A stretch of 64,000 nucleotides of DNA from a candidate division FCPU426 bacterium (GCA_963796105.1 CAWCKJ010000003.1:736001-800000), one strand, 5' to 3'; positions 40,351 through 52,054 are shown, numbered from the stretch's first letter. Translations and numbers: made by a program. Notes: generated from the sequence alone by a model not told the origin.

Positions 40351-41724
40351 TGATAAACGTCAGATCATCGCTAACCGTTAAAAACGTCACATCATTGATG
40401 ACTGCCTCTTTAGAAGGAGTAAAAATTATACTCATGAACATCTCTTGAAAGGGAGATATTCATGAAGGAGGAAGCGCAAAAAGAACGCATTTTAGCTGTG
40501 GAAAAGTACCAAAAGGGTGAAAGTCCCACCGCCATCTGTAGAGCCTTGGGGCATTCCAAATTTTGGCTCTACAAATGGCTGAAGCGTTATAAGACCAAAA
40601 AAAAAGGCTTGGTACGTCGAGGGATCGAGAGCCCGGCAACGCTATCCGGATCGCACGAAGGAGGAAATTGAAAAGGCCGTTCAGATGGTTCGTCTCCAAC
40701 TCTACAACCAGGGGGTGTTTTGCGGAACGCAAGCCATACTGGGTGAGTTGGCGGACCTGGGGATTCAATCGCTTCCATCGCCCAGTACTGTGGACCGAAT
40801 CCTGAGGCGCAATCAACTGACCCATCGAAGGACGGGGCGGTATTTTGCCAAAGGAACGCCCTATCCAAAGCTTTCAGGACATGCTGTGAATGAGCTGCAG
40901 CAAGCGGACTGGGTGGGACCGAATTACCTTTTGGGAGGACCTCGGTTTTACAGTTTGAACGCAGTGGACCTGGCCACGGGACGTTGTGGAATCCAACCGT
41001 CGTTGGGAAGGGATGGGCAGAGCGTTTTTAACGCATTCTGGGCCATTTGGAGGCGTTTGGGAATCCCCCAGAACCTCCAGGTGGATAACGCCGAGGAGTT
41101 TTATGGAAGTCCGAAGTATCCGAGGGGAATGGGGCCTTTAATCCGGCTTTGCCTGCATCAGGGCATTGAATTGTGGTTCATTCCACCGGCAGAGCCCTGG
41201 CGCAACGGAGTGGTGGAAAAGTTCAACGACCACTACGAACAAAAATTCCTGGGGAAAGTGAACCTGAGACCGGGAAAGGCTCTGTGGACGAAATCTCTCG
41301 GGTTCGAGAACAAACACAACAGCCGGTACCGCTACAGCAAGCTCAAGGGCAGGACGCCTTTACAGGCCCTGGAAGGATTGGGGGAGAAGCCGAGATTTCC
41401 TTACGAAACCCAACCACCCCAACATCCGTTGTCCAAACCGACGAGTGGGAAATACCACTTGGTTCGGCTGATACGGAGCAACCACCGGTTGAACATGTTC
41501 GGAGAGATGTTCGAAGTGCCTAAAAGTCTAACCCATGAGTATGTAGTGGGGACAGTAGATGTTCGAAGGCAGAAACTAGAACTGTTCCATGATGGCTTGA
41601 AGGCGGAGGAGTACGATTACAAACTGCGGTAGAAAGAGGTTGTCCCAGGAGGGCTAAGAGCCCTCCTGGAGAGTTATCGATGATGTGACGTATCTTTAAG
41701 TCATCGATGATCTGACGTTTATCA
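40351..41724 (+). mobile_element. IS481-like insertion sequence (1374 bp)
   Basis: Perfect 20-bp IR TGATAAACGTCAGATCATCG; 6-bp target duplication AATAGA (40345-40350, 41725-41730); rve-type transposase. Confidence 0.9.
40462..41632 (+). pseudogene. DDE transposase split by a frameshift in an A9 tract (40597-40605)
   Basis: HTH ORF 40462-40671 plus integrase-core ORF (QADW, QVDN, NGVVEKFN); removing one A fuses them into ~389 aa. Confidence 0.75.
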
Positions 41725-41891
41725 AATAGACGTTTCCCAATCACTCCTACTATATAGACGCGCGGGGAGGTGGAATTATTCCGACAGAAATATCGATTTG
41801 TGTTTTATTTTTGCCGAGTTTGGTTACCAGATGGTTACTTTAATTGTGGGAAACAGCCCCGCTTATCAGGCCGCAATGTTTCATCAAGGGG

Positions 41892-42263
41892 TCATCGACT
41901 GGGATAGGCCTTCTCAAGATATTCCTTGAATGCATTCATGTCGTCTTCTTTCATGGCCAGGAAACGAACACCACCGCCCATCTCGTTCGTCCAAAGCACC
42001 TCGGCGAAAGCCTTCAGTTTTTTCTCCGGGCCCGGAAGCAATAGTTCCAAACTCAGGATATTCCCTTTCGTTAACCTAAGCCCCGCGAGTATGAACATAC
42101 CGCCCAGGCTTATATCCGCGGTGCGGGAAACATATTCCTTGTTCTCCCGGTCAAGAATACTCTCAATCTTTCCATGGGACGTAATGACCTTGAAAGTGAT
42201 GGGGATTTTAACCGTAATCCTCGGCTGGGTCCGTTTTTCATTGAGGAGAAAAGCATCCGGCAT
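41892..42263 (-). CDS. Stand-alone PilZ domain protein
   Basis: KRTQPR and DISLGG motifs; start MPDAF matches the paralogues. Confidence 0.85.
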   Translation of the reverse strand: MPDAFLLNEKRTQPRITVKIPITFKVITSHGKIESILDRENKEYVSRTADISLGGMFILAGLRLTKGNILSLELLLPGPEKKLKAFAEVLWTNEMGGGVRFLAMKEDDMNAFKEYLEKAYPSR

Positions 42264-42951
42264 AAGTCGTCCTTGGAGCTGTTTTACCAATTCGAACCGT
42301 TCTACTATCGTACAACCGCGTGATTGAAGCCCTATATAAATCATATCTCTTTTGGACTGTTTTTTCACAAAACACGCGCCGATCGCGTTTCGCGAAACAC
42401 TTGTTGTTTCACGGTTAAACATTTTCAAATTGATGATCAGGCTTGCGTTCTCCTCCACCGCCAGGAAATCCCGCCCCATTTCCTTTTCAAATTGTCAAGG
42501 GACGGCCCTCCCGCATACCAGCATTCCACAAACCTGATAGTGAGGCTGCCATAGCACCGATTTCCATAATCGTCTTATTGCAAATCGGTACAGGCCGATC
42601 TTCTTATGAGTAATTAAGGGGGTTTGTATCGCGCCAATCTCCATTTAATCTTTTTGGAAGATTGGCGCAGGGCAGGGCTTCTGGTCGCCACTTGCCGGAG
42701 CTTGAAATCAGCCGGTCAATTTCAAATTAATGATTTTCAATGAACTGGGTTTTTACTTCCGTTAAGGATTGCATTTTTTTAGTCACAATAATTTGCCCGA
42801 TTTTTTCATGAATACGAAAAATCAAATTCACAACAAAGATAAAATCCGGCTTAATTACCAAGCCCCTTATTCATGGTTTTTTGGTTTATCTTTTTTATAA
42901 TTACTCCTGTTCCCGAAAGAAACCATGAACTGAAATTAGGAATAAACCCCT

Positions 42952-43536
42952 TTGAAATTATTCAAAGCCCTCGCCACGGCCATAGATACCAAGAACCCCT
43001 TCACTAATAACCATTCCATTAACGTCGGAAAGCTTTGCGCTGGCATCGCCAGGAACCTGGGTTGGAATGAGCGGGAGATCAAGTTATTAGTCAACGCGGC
43101 CATGATGCATGATATTGGCAAGGTCAATGTGCCCGCAGCCATCATTTCAAAACCGGGAAAATTAAACGAGTTGGAGATGCGCGCCATCGAGAAACACCCT
43201 GCTTACGGGAAAGCAATCCTGAAAAAAATCGAGTTGCCCGGCATGGATACCATTTGCCGGTCGGTGTACAAGCATCACGAGAGGTGGAACGGAACGGGAT
43301 ACCCCCGCCAGTTGAAAAGGAAGAAAATCTCGATGGAAGCCCGCGTTATCGCCGTAGCCGATTCCTTCGACGCCATGACTTCCACTCGCCATTATAAAAA
43401 GAGGAAGACCCGGAAAACCGCCTTCGAGGAGATTCTCAAGCTCTCAGGCACCTTGTATGACCCAGAGGTGGTGGAGGCTTTCGAAAAATACGCCCGCGTC
43501 ATATGGCCGAGCGTTCGCGTGAAAAGAGCGAAATAA
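42952..43536 (+). CDS. HD-GYP domain phosphodiesterase
   Basis: 'HDIGK', 'HHERWNGTGYP', 'VADSFDAMTS.R.YK'. Confidence 0.9.
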   Translation: MKLFKALATAIDTKNPFTNNHSINVGKLCAGIARNLGWNEREIKLLVNAAMMHDIGKVNVPAAIISKPGKLNELEMRAIEKHPAYGKAILKKIELPGMDTICRSVYKHHERWNGTGYPRQLKRKKISMEARVIAVADSFDAMTSTRHYKKRKTRKTAFEEILKLSGTLYDPEVVEAFEKYARVIWPSVRVKRAK

Positions 43537-43608
43537 GATTTCTGGCTGTTAGGAATTCTCAGAACAATCCGGTTCGATCCCTTCTTCACTCAAAGTCATT
43601 GAACAACC

Positions 43609-46600
43609 CTACTTTAGAAGAAGGACCCTTTTGATTTTCCTGTCATAGGGCTCCACCAGGTAGAAAAGATAGACTCCGCTCGCGCACTCCACCCCGAATT
43701 TGTTCCTGCCGTCCCAATGGTAAGAAGCCGCGTAAGGGGCGTCCAAATGTTGTTCATCCAGGGTTTGCACGTGTTCCCCGGCGGAGTTGTAAATCTTCAG
43801 GGAATAGGCCCCCGGGAACTGGCAATAGGAAACAAAGACCGATACTGGACCGTTGACCGGATAAAACAAATTATAGGAGACGTAGAACTCGTCGCACTTG
43901 GGAAGCGGGGTGATTGTCGGCGACAATGTCGGAGTGCCCGAAGGCGTGGAAGTGAAAGTCTCGGTGGGCGTCATCGTTTCCGTTGGGGTCGAGGTGAACG
44001 TGGGAGTCATGGAATTCGTAAAGGTCGGGGTGATCGTTGGAGTAGGCGTGGGAGTGCTGGTGTTGGTTGGGGTCAAAGTCGAGGTAGGAGTTGAGGTAGG
44101 CGTATTGGTGAAGGTCTCAGTAGGTGTCATCGTATTCGTCGGTGTATTGGTTGGAGTGGGTGTATTCGTAGCGGTGTAAGTGGCTGTAGGAGTAAAAGTC
44201 CCGGTCGCCGTATTGGTCGGGGTGGGCGTATTCGTAGCGGTGTAGGTGTCGGTGGGGGTAAAGGTATTCGTGGAAGTGTTGGTTTCGGTTGAAGTAAATG
44301 TCTGGGTCGGCGTATTCGTCGGGGTGGGAGTAGGCGTTGCCGTCGAAGTCCAGGTATTCGTCGGGGTATTTGTCTCCGTGGGAGTGGAAGTCTGGGTCGG
44401 AGTGATCGTAGGAGTATTCGTTGGGGACTGGGTTCCAGTCGATGTATCGGTTGGGGTAGGGCTGTTGGTTGCCGTAGGAGTGGATGTGGGTGTGAAGGTC
44501 GATGTGGGTGTTTGGGTTGGCGTGGGAGTTGGCGTCCAAGTGGACGTAGAAGTCGGGGTTGGGGTCGAAGTGGCGGTAGGAGTCCAAGTTACGGTGTTAG
44601 TCGGGGTAAGTGTTGGGGTGTTCGTTGAAGTCGGGCTATTCGTGGGTGTGGACGTGAAAGTCATGGTGGGTGTGTTCGTCGGAGTGGGGGTCAGAGTGGG
44701 TGTTGGGGTGATCGTCGGGGTGTTCGTGGGGGATTGAGTCCCGGTTGATGTGTTCGCCGCAGTTGGGGTGATCGTCGGCGTGGGCGTCAGTGTGGGTGTC
44801 GGAGTGGTCGTAGGAGTAAGGGTCGGAGTGGCAGTGGGAGTATTAGTAGGGGTGAAAGTGGGAGTAGATGTCAGGGTCGTCGTCGGAGTGGGCGTCAAAG
44901 TGGTGGTGGGGGTCCTGGTCAAGGTATTCGTCGGGGTAGGAGTCGTGGTCGTTGTCGGGGTCGGCGTGGACGTGTTCGTGGGGGTCATTGTCGGGGTATT
45001 CGTCGGCGTATTAGTCGGCGTTATTGTCGGGGTCGGCGTTGGGGTGGATGTGGGCGTCATTGTGGGCGTGTTGGTGGGCGTAGGAGTTGGGGTAATGGTC
45101 GGAGTAGGTGTCGGGGTGGGTGTAAGCGTCTTGGTAGGCGTAATGGTTGGAGTACTTGTAGGTGACTGGGTTCCAGTAGGCGTGTTGGTCGGCGTGGGGG
45201 TGATGGTCGGAGTATTGGTCGGGGTAGGAGTCGGGGTCGTCGTGGGAGTGGGTGAGGGTGTAGGAGTTGGCGTTCTTGTTGGGGTGTTCGTCGGAGTAGG
45301 AGTGAGTGTGGTGGTCGGCGTGGGAGTCGGGGTATTCGTAGGGGTTGGGGTGGGTGTCCTGGTTGGAGTAGGCGTTGGCGTCAGGGTGGATGTGGAAGTG
45401 TTCGTGGGCGTGGGAGTCGGGGTATTGGTGGGTGTTGGGGTGGGTGTGGTAGACGGCGTAGGAGTCGGGGTATTAGTGGGGGTGAGAGTGGGTGTCCTCG
45501 TCGGAGTAGGAGTAGATGTGGTTGTGGGGGTTGGAGTCGGCGTATTAGTAGGCGTAGGGGTGGGTGTCCTGGTGGGAGTAGGCGTTGTGGTTGTCGTGGG
45601 GGTCGATGTGGAAGTGTTAGTGGGCGTGAGAGTAGGTGTATTGGTGGGTGTTGGTGTGGGTGTGGTTGTCGGCGTCGAGGTGTTAGTAGAGGTCGGCGTT
45701 CTCGTGGGTGTGTTGGTGGGCGTTGGCGTTGGGGTGATCGTCGGAGTGGGTGTCGAAGTGGGCGTGGGAGTCCTGGTCGGGGTTATAGTTGGGGTATTCG
45801 TGGGCGACTGGGTCCCCGTAGGCGTGTTGGTCGGCGTGGGGGTGATGGTCGGAGTATTGGTCGGGGTAGGAGTCGGGGTCGTCGTAGGAGTGGATGTGGG
45901 CGTAGGAGTTGGTGTTCTTGTTGGGGTGTTCGACGGAGTAGGGGTGGGTGTGGTGGTCGGCGTGGGAGTCGGGGTATTGGTGGGTGTTGGGGTGGGAGTC
46001 CTGGTTGGGGTAGGAGTTGGGGTCGGTGTTGGCGTATTAGTGGACGTCGGGGTAGGCGTATTCGTCGGGGTTGGAGTGGGTGTGGTCGTCGGGGTCGGTG
46101 TCGGAGTTCTGGTCGGAGTCGGCGTGGGTGAAGGGGTGGGTGTCGGTGTCGTGGTCGGAGTAGGTGAGGGTGTCAGGGTCGGTGTAGGGGTTGGCGTCCG
46201 GGTCGGAGTCGGCGTGGGTGAAGGGGTGGGGGTCGGTGTCGTAGTCGGAGTAGGTGAGGGTGTCAGAGTCGGTGTAGGGGTGGACGTCCGGGTCGGCGTA
46301 GGTGTGGGAGAAGGGGTAGGAGTTGGAGTATTAGTGGGTGTTGGAGAAGGTGTATTGGTTGGTGTAAGCGTGGGGGTTGGGGTCCGGGTCGGTGTAGGTG
46401 TGGGAGAAGGGGTGGGAGTTGGAGTCACTGTCAGAGTGGGGGTAGGTGAAGGAGTCGGGGTCGGTGTAGGGGTTGGCGTCCGAGTCGGTGTGGGGGTAGG
46501 GGTATTGGTCGGCGTTGAGGTTGGCGTATTTGTGGGCGTAGGAGTGGGTGTCGGGGTTCGGGTTGGTGTGGGGGTAGGGGTATTAGTGGGTGTTGGGGAA

Positions 46601-49600
46601 GGTGTATTGGTTGGTGTAAGCGTAGGAGTAGGCGTCCGGGTCGGGGTGGGTGTGGGCGATGACGTGGGTGTCGGAGTCAAGGTCGGGGTAGGAGTAGGTG
46701 TTGGTGTTGGCGTCCGGGTGGGGGTTAGCGTTGGTGTCGGGGTATTCGTAGGTGTAGGCGTGGGTGTCCTAGTCGGGGTAGGCGTTGGTGTCGTCGTGGG
46801 GGTTGGAGTCGGCGAAAGCGTGGGCGAGAATGTCGGGGTCGGCGTCCGGGTGGGTGTTGGAGTCGTTGTGGGGGTCGGTGTTAGCGTGTTAGTGGGCGTC
46901 GGGGTTGGGGTCCTGGTAGGGGTGGGAGAAGGAGTAATCGTGGGGGTGGAAGTGGGAGTGTTGGTTGGGGTCCGTGTCACGGTATTGGTGGGTGTGAATG
47001 TGGGGGTCGCAATGGGTGTCCCGCAACAGACGACCGACAGGGTCACGGAATTGGAAACGGCTGTCTTTTCCTTACCGGCGGGATCAGTGAAAGTGGCCGA
47101 GTTGACGGCGCTCGACGGGCAAGAGCCGGTCACGATGGCGCAAAAAGACACGGTGCCCGACTCGGTGGCCAGAAGGTCCGGCCAGACCCAGGAAATGGCG
47201 TTGCCGTTTGCGCCCGTCACGGCGTCGCAGGGAGGGTTGATGAACCCGCAGAAGCTGAGGTTGGCGGGGAGGGTATCCGAAAGGGTGGCGTTGTAGACGT
47301 CACGCCCGTAATAGGGCGCGTTGCCCGCCACCACGCGCCAAGTGTAGCCGTCGTACTCTTCCACCAGCAGGTTCGTGACCGCGTTGGCGCCAGCCTGATC
47401 GCAGGGGTTCGCGTAGCCAGCCGGATCTGTGAGGGCCGTCTTGATATTCACGTAATGGTCGTTGCCCTCGTTGTAGGCGGCGCAGCTACTGGTGATGTTC
47501 GCGTTGTAGCTCCAGTCTGTGGTGTTGTTTCGTGTGGCGTAACCGCTTTGGTAAAAATTGACGTCAGTCAACACCTGGCCGCCGTCCCCGTTCCACTGCT
47601 GGATCAGGTACCGATTCATCAGCAAGCTGGAAGCCATGTTGGGAGTATTGCCGCTCCAAGTCAGGACCAATTTCTGATTGTAGTTCGGGCCGGCCACCAT
47701 GGGGAGGTTCGATATCGTATATCCGCCTGAGGTGTCATAAATCGTCTGGGCGCCCCAGGTGACGCCCGAAGTTCCACACGTCACCCCGGTGGTAGTTGAG
47801 TAGAGGAAATAGGAACTCCGATAGTTCTGCAGGTTAATGTCTTCCATGGATTCGTTGAGAATCCGGTAATCCGTCGTCAGGTATTGGGCAGCCGCCTGGT
47901 TTCCCGAGGCGCTGTCGTCGTCCTGGAACTGGACAAACACCTGGGGCCGGGCCCGGCCCAGCCTTTCGTGGGAGGCGTTCTTGTAGGTAAGGGTGAAGGT
48001 TACCGTCTGGCCCGGACAGGCCGAAGCGGGGTTGACGGATTTGGCGGTTTGCAGGGCGCAGTCAACGACATCCACGTAATTCATCTTATAGGTACTGGAG
48101 ACCACGTCCGGATAGGGAGAAGCCGTCTTCCCCGGCCCGTTCGTGGCGCCAACGCTCGGGGCGTTGATGATGGTTTGGCCCGATGTGGCTCCGGAAGCGG
48201 CCGTCATGGTCAGGGTAATTGTGGCGGCAGCGCCGACCGCCACGGAGCCGATATTCCAGTTGATGACACCCCCCGAGGCCGAGCTTCCGCTATTGTAGGC
48301 GGGGGAGGAGGAAATATAGGTGGCATTGGTGGGGATGGTATCCGAGACGGTCACACCCGTGGCCGCGACCGCCCCCACATTCTTGTAAACAATGGTGTAA
48401 ATAAAGGTTTGGCCCGCGCAGGCGAAGGTTCTGTTCACGTCCTCGGAAATCTTCATGACAGCCTGGCCCCACTGGTTGTCGCAGGGCCACGCGAAATTGC
48501 CTGTGTTCATGAGAAGCCCCAAAATGTCCAGGTCATTGTTGAAATAATAGAGAGTGGTTGGGGCGTAATTGGATCCCCCCGCTTGTTGGGCCAACTGGTA
48601 CGTGGAGGCCACACGGTAGGCCTGGTTCACGAAAGTCTGGTCGCCCGAGCCCGTGGCCACCGCCGCCTGGGTGCCCATAGTCCATTGGCCAAGGGTTCCC
48701 GTGCTCCAAGTACCATTGGTATTCCATTGCTGTGTCACGTTCCAGAGCTTGTTGGAGAGGTTGATCCCGATGGCCCCGCCACCTGCCTTGAAGGAATTGC
48801 TGGAGTTGGTGATGAAGGTCTGCAGGCAGGTATTGCCGTTGTAAACCACATCCATCGAGTAGCGCCAAGGGCCGCGCTGACCCTCGGCACTCCCACTGGC
48901 TCCGGCGTAGGTAAAGCCCGTTGGCGCGGCGGTACAACTTTCCCCGTTATAGTTCATAGTGTCGGAGTTGAAACCGTGGTTTCCCGCCGCCGCGTCTGCC
49001 GCCGCGATGGCCGCGCAAGTATTATTGGCGACCGTGACCCATTCCGATAATGGTCGATGGTTGCAGGTATCGCCCGCGAAATAGGTGCCCCAACACCGGT
49101 AATAGCCCGGATCCAGGTAGTCGGCGTACACGCTGCCGTTGCAGCCCGAGATAGCGAAAGTATCGCCGCTTTCTATGTAGTTCCACATGTCCACGTTATG
49201 GAACCAGGTTCCTGCCCCCGAGTCCGGGTTCGGGGTGGTGTAATCCAACATAGCGCAGATCATGCTCTGCGCCTCGGCGCAGTAGTTGATCGTTCCAGCG
49301 CTTCCCCACTGTTTGCAGGCCGTGAGAAGCGCCATGGCGATGTCCTCGTCCCCGTCCGTCGCGGAATCGCAGCCCTCCACGTTAAAAGGAGAGGCCTCGT
49401 TGATTTCCCAGCTCATGAGATAGTCTTGTAACGCGTCGCATTTATTGACCGACTTGAGCCCGTAGGTCTTGACGAACTCGTAGAGGCCGTCGAATAGGGG
49501 CTTGTCCGCGAAAGAGGCCGCGATGAGCATGGAATATCCGGTTCCCTCGGATAGGACGTTGTTGCTGTTTCCGCCGAGGCCTTTGGCGAAATTTGCGATC

Positions 49601-49923
49601 ATGGGGATTCCGTTGGCGGTGGTCCCGGTGTAAAACACTTCGGAACTGATATAAAGGTCGTAATATTTCTGCCACATGGCCGTCATGTCCGAATCGGAAA
49701 CGCCTTCAGGCTGGGCCATCAAACCATTGGGAGGAGCGATATATTCACCGAAGGGATGCTGGGGATTGCCGCTGTTGATGTTTCCGTTGGGATAGACCGA
49801 TCCATACGAGGCGCCATAGGCCTGAGCCCAGGCGTTTGAAGCGGTTTCATGCAATAGGATAAAAAAAAGACAGCCCACTAATGGAAGAATAGGTTTAAAA
49901 CGTTTTTTGTTCAAAAAAAACAT
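43609..49923 (-). CDS. Giant secreted GH8 glycoside hydrolase with DUF11/Ig-like and CBM3-like modules, ~1000-aa Thr-Pro stalk and T9SS/FlgD-like C-terminal domain
   Basis: Signal peptide; GH8 motifs 'SEGTGYSML' and '[14 protein letters not shown]'; DUF11 'YTIVYKNVG...GVTVSDTIP'; C-terminal WDGRN...ASGVY. Confidence 0.85.
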   Translation of the reverse strand: MFFLNKKRFKPILPLVGCLFFILLHETASNAWAQAYGASYGSVYPNGNINSGNPQHPFGEYIAPPNGLMAQPEGVSDSDMTAMWQKYYDLYISSEVFYTGTTANGIPMIANFAKGLGGNSNNVLSEGTGYSMLIAASFADKPLFDGLYEFVKTYGLKSVNKCDALQDYLMSWEINEASPFNVEGCDSATDGDEDIAMALLTACKQWGSAGTINYCAEAQSMICAMLDYTTPNPDSGAGTWFHNVDMWNYIESGDTFAISGCNGSVYADYLDPGYYRCWGTYFAGDTCNHRPLSEWVTVANNTCAAIAAADAAAGNHGFNSDTMNYNGESCTAAPTGFTYAGASGSAEGQRGPWRYSMDVVYNGNTCLQTFITNSSNSFKAGGGAIGINLSNKLWNVTQQWNTNGTWSTGTLGQWTMGTQAAVATGSGDQTFVNQAYRVASTYQLAQQAGGSNYAPTTLYYFNNDLDILGLLMNTGNFAWPCDNQWGQAVMKISEDVNRTFACAGQTFIYTIVYKNVGAVAATGVTVSDTIPTNATYISSSPAYNSGSSASGGVINWNIGSVAVGAAATITLTMTAASGATSGQTIINAPSVGATNGPGKTASPYPDVVSSTYKMNYVDVVDCALQTAKSVNPASACPGQTVTFTLTYKNASHERLGRARPQVFVQFQDDDSASGNQAAAQYLTTDYRILNESMEDINLQNYRSSYFLYSTTTGVTCGTSGVTWGAQTIYDTSGGYTISNLPMVAGPNYNQKLVLTWSGNTPNMASSLLMNRYLIQQWNGDGGQVLTDVNFYQSGYATRNNTTDWSYNANITSSCAAYNEGNDHYVNIKTALTDPAGYANPCDQAGANAVTNLLVEEYDGYTWRVVAGNAPYYGRDVYNATLSDTLPANLSFCGFINPPCDAVTGANGNAISWVWPDLLATESGTVSFCAIVTGSCPSSAVNSATFTDPAGKEKTAVSNSVTLSVVCCGTPIATPTFTPTNTVTRTPTNTPTSTPTITPSPTPTRTPTPTPTNTLTPTPTTTPTPTRTPTPTFSPTLSPTPTPTTTPTPTPTRTPTPTPTNTPTPTLTPTRTPTPTPTPTPTLTPTPTSSPTPTPTRTPTPTLTPTNTPSPTPTNTPTPTPTRTPTPTPTPTNTPTSTPTNTPTPTPTRTPTPTPTPTPSPTPTLTVTPTPTPSPTPTPTRTPTPTLTPTNTPSPTPTNTPTPTPSPTPTPTRTSTPTPTLTPSPTPTTTPTPTPSPTPTPTRTPTPTPTLTPSPTPTTTPTPTPSPTPTPTRTPTPTPTTTPTPTPTNTPTPTSTNTPTPTPTPTPTRTPTPTPTNTPTPTPTTTPTPTPSNTPTRTPTPTPTSTPTTTPTPTPTNTPTITPTPTNTPTGTQSPTNTPTITPTRTPTPTSTPTPTITPTPTPTNTPTRTPTSTNTSTPTTTPTPTPTNTPTLTPTNTSTSTPTTTTTPTPTRTPTPTPTNTPTPTPTTTSTPTPTRTPTLTPTNTPTPTPSTTPTPTPTNTPTPTPTNTSTSTLTPTPTPTRTPTPTPTNTPTPTPTTTLTPTPTNTPTRTPTPTPSPTPTTTPTPTPTNTPTITPTPTNTPTGTQSPTSTPTITPTKTLTPTPTPTPTITPTPTPTNTPTMTPTSTPTPTPTITPTNTPTNTPTMTPTNTSTPTPTTTTTPTPTNTLTRTPTTTLTPTPTTTLTSTPTFTPTNTPTATPTLTPTTTPTPTLTPTPTITPTAANTSTGTQSPTNTPTITPTPTLTPTPTNTPTMTFTSTPTNSPTSTNTPTLTPTNTVTWTPTATSTPTPTSTSTWTPTPTPTQTPTSTFTPTSTPTATNSPTPTDTSTGTQSPTNTPTITPTQTSTPTETNTPTNTWTSTATPTPTPTNTPTQTFTSTETNTSTNTFTPTDTYTATNTPTPTNTATGTFTPTATYTATNTPTPTNTPTNTMTPTETFTNTPTSTPTSTLTPTNTSTPTPTPTITPTFTNSMTPTFTSTPTETMTPTETFTSTPSGTPTLSPTITPLPKCDEFYVSYNLFYPVNGPVSVFVSYCQFPGAYSLKIYNSAGEHVQTLDEQHLDAPYAASYHWDGRNKFGVECASGVYLFYLVEPYDRKIKRVLLLK

Positions 49924-50328
49924 TTCCACACCAATTTCCTTGATGAACGAAATCATAAACCCTGAAAAGGCTTTCATGGGAATTCAGTCGTATTTATCCG
50001 TCTATCTTATCCGGTAACGCCATGGAATTTACATAGCTATGTTAACGATATTATATCGCCCTCCACACTTCTATGGGGTAGACGCCTCCTTAATATTTTT
50101 CCTGATTTAAAGTTAAACAGGACCGGTTTTTCAACTTCTGGTCGCTCAAGGAAGGAAAAATGACTTCATTTTTCAAGGGAATATTTCGCTGGGCTTATGG
50201 ATTCAGCTCATAACCATTTGACGTTAACCATGAATTTTCAATTCTTATCAACCTGATATTTCAAGGAATATTAGGTTAAATCAATCCATCACCAAGGAAA
50301 GAATTTTCGAATTTTGAGCGGGTAAACC

Positions 50329-51066
50329 CTATTGTATTTTCCGGATACGGTTGTTGCCCGTATCCGCGACATAGACATTCCCGGTGGGATCGCAGCCAAC
50401 CCAGTTGGGATAGGTGAACTTCGCGGCCGTACCTGTCGCGTCCAGGAACCCTCCCGAAATCTGCCCCGCCAGCGTGGTCACATTAGCGCTTTTGTCTATT
50501 TTTCGGATCAAGTGATTGTAGGAATCCGCCACGTAAAGGGTGCCCCAAGCGTCAATCGCGATACCGTTAGGACTGGAGAACGAGGATGAAGTACCCTGCT
50601 GGTTGGCATGGCCCGATGTCAATTGGCCCGCGAAGGTGGTGACAGCCCCGTTGGGGCTGACTTTCCGGATCAGGTTATTATTGGAATCCGCCACATAAAT
50701 GTTCCCAACGCCATCCACCGCGACTCCAGCGGGGCCGTTGAACGAGGCGGAAGTTCCAATCAAATTGTCGGCGTGCCCTGCCGTTAATTGCCCAGCCAAG
50801 GTGGTTACGGCGCTCGCGGGGGTAATCCTTCGGATCAGGTTGTTACCATTGTCCCCAATGTAGAGGTTTCCAGAGGAGTCAATCGCGATCCCTTCAGGCC
50901 CGCTAAATGAGGCGTTGCTCCCCAGCCCGTCTGCGTGCCCAGGTGTCAATTGCCCCGCCAGGGTGGTCACGGCGCCAGAGGGACTGATGCCCCGAATCGT
51001 GTCATTCTGGGAGTCAGCTACATAAACGTTTCCCGCGGCGTCAACCCCTAAACCATAAGGAAATTT
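50329..51066 (-). pseudogene. NHL-repeat lipoprotein, 3' fragment (split by IS1595)
   Basis: Repeats 'F..P.GIAVD..GN.YVAD..NN.IRKI...VTTLAG'; joins 52055-52260 in frame. Confidence 0.85.
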
Positions 51067-52054
51067 CATGCCTATCCGAACAACGCTTGCGCAGTAATGG
51101 GTTTTGCCAAAGCGCAAGCGGTTAAGGCCCGGTGAAATAAGGAATCTGGGTCATGGCGACGATTGAACCGATAAGTATATTCGCTCAAGTATCCAGGCAG
51201 ATATTTCACGTTGACTCCATGATGGGTTCCTAGGATCCAAGCCTTGGCGTTGGAAATGAATCGGTGGACCCAAGGTAACCAGTGATTTAACACCACTGGG
51301 TCATTGGCTGTTACCTGGTACTCCACATCCACGTTTTCCAAGTTTCTCAAGCTGGGACTGGCATCCGTGTTTATCATGGCGCCTTTCTGGATTGCTTGAT
51401 CGACGAATGCTTGGGCTTCCCACTTGGTTTCTGCGGTCACCTTTATCTTTGCAAAACCCGCTTTCTCTTTTTTGCGCCCTTTCTCATCTATCCATTCTTT
51501 GCTTTCAACCGCCACCAGCACTTCAGCCTGGTTTTCCTTTTCTCTCTTGCCGAATACAGCCCCATCCAACTCAATGATTTCCTTGAGTTGGTAATTTTCA
51601 TCCCTTTGTCGAAGACTTTCCCGAATCTTATGCAACATCCTCCAAACGGTATCGTAGGAGGGCATTCCCAATTGCCGCTGAAGTTCCAGGGCTGAAATGC
51701 CCCTTTTCCCTTGCATCACCAATCCAATCATCCTCAACCAGGTTAAGATTGGGATCTTGGATTTCCGGAAGATCGTTCCGGCTCGAAGCCGTATTTGCTT
51801 TCGACAATAGTCACATTCCCGCACTTCGGGGCGGTTTTTGTGTTGCCAGAAACTTTCTCCTTCACATTGTGGGCAAACAAAGTCTTTTCCGGCAAAACGG
51901 CTCTTCCACACCCATTGACGTGCCTTTTCTTCTGTATCGATTTCCTTGAAAATCTCAATCCCCTTCATCCGTTGGTAGTTCATAATTTGCCCCTCCAACA
52001 ATGAGTATACTCCTGTATTCCTTTATTTCAACAGGTACCGTTTGGAGAGGCATT
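51067..52054 (-). mobile_element. IS1595-family insertion sequence, copy A (988 bp)
   Basis: Imperfect IR CATGCCTATCCGAAC / AATGCCTCTCCAAAC; 8-bp target duplication GGAAATTT (51059-51066, 52055-52062). Confidence 0.92.
51072..51983 (-). CDS. IS1595-family transposase A
   Basis: Zn ribbon CPQC...CDYC, 'IELDG', 'GTHHGV...YL.EY.YRFNRR'. Confidence 0.92.
   Translation of the reverse strand: MNYQRMKGIEIFKEIDTEEKARQWVWKSRFAGKDFVCPQCEGESFWQHKNRPEVRECDYCRKQIRLRAGTIFRKSKIPILTWLRMIGLVMQGKRGISALELQRQLGMPSYDTVWRMLHKIRESLRQRDENYQLKEIIELDGAVFGKREKENQAEVLVAVESKEWIDEKGRKKEKAGFAKIKVTAETKWEAQAFVDQAIQKGAMINTDASPSLRNLENVDVEYQVTANDPVVLNHWLPWVHRFISNAKAWILGTHHGVNVKYLPGYLSEYTYRFNRRHDPDSLFHRALTACALAKPITAQALFG

Noticed and set aside
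42480..42950. c-di-GMP riboswitch between the PilZ and HD-GYP genes
   Set aside because: Only an isolated hairpin (ACCGATTT/AAATCGGT); no GEMM consensus recognised.
44750..47296. 848-aa Val-Gly ORF on the + strand (and similar ORFs at 43898, 44246 and 16278)
   Set aside because: Antisense shadow of Thr-Pro codons (ACN/CCN read as GT/GG-rich codons).
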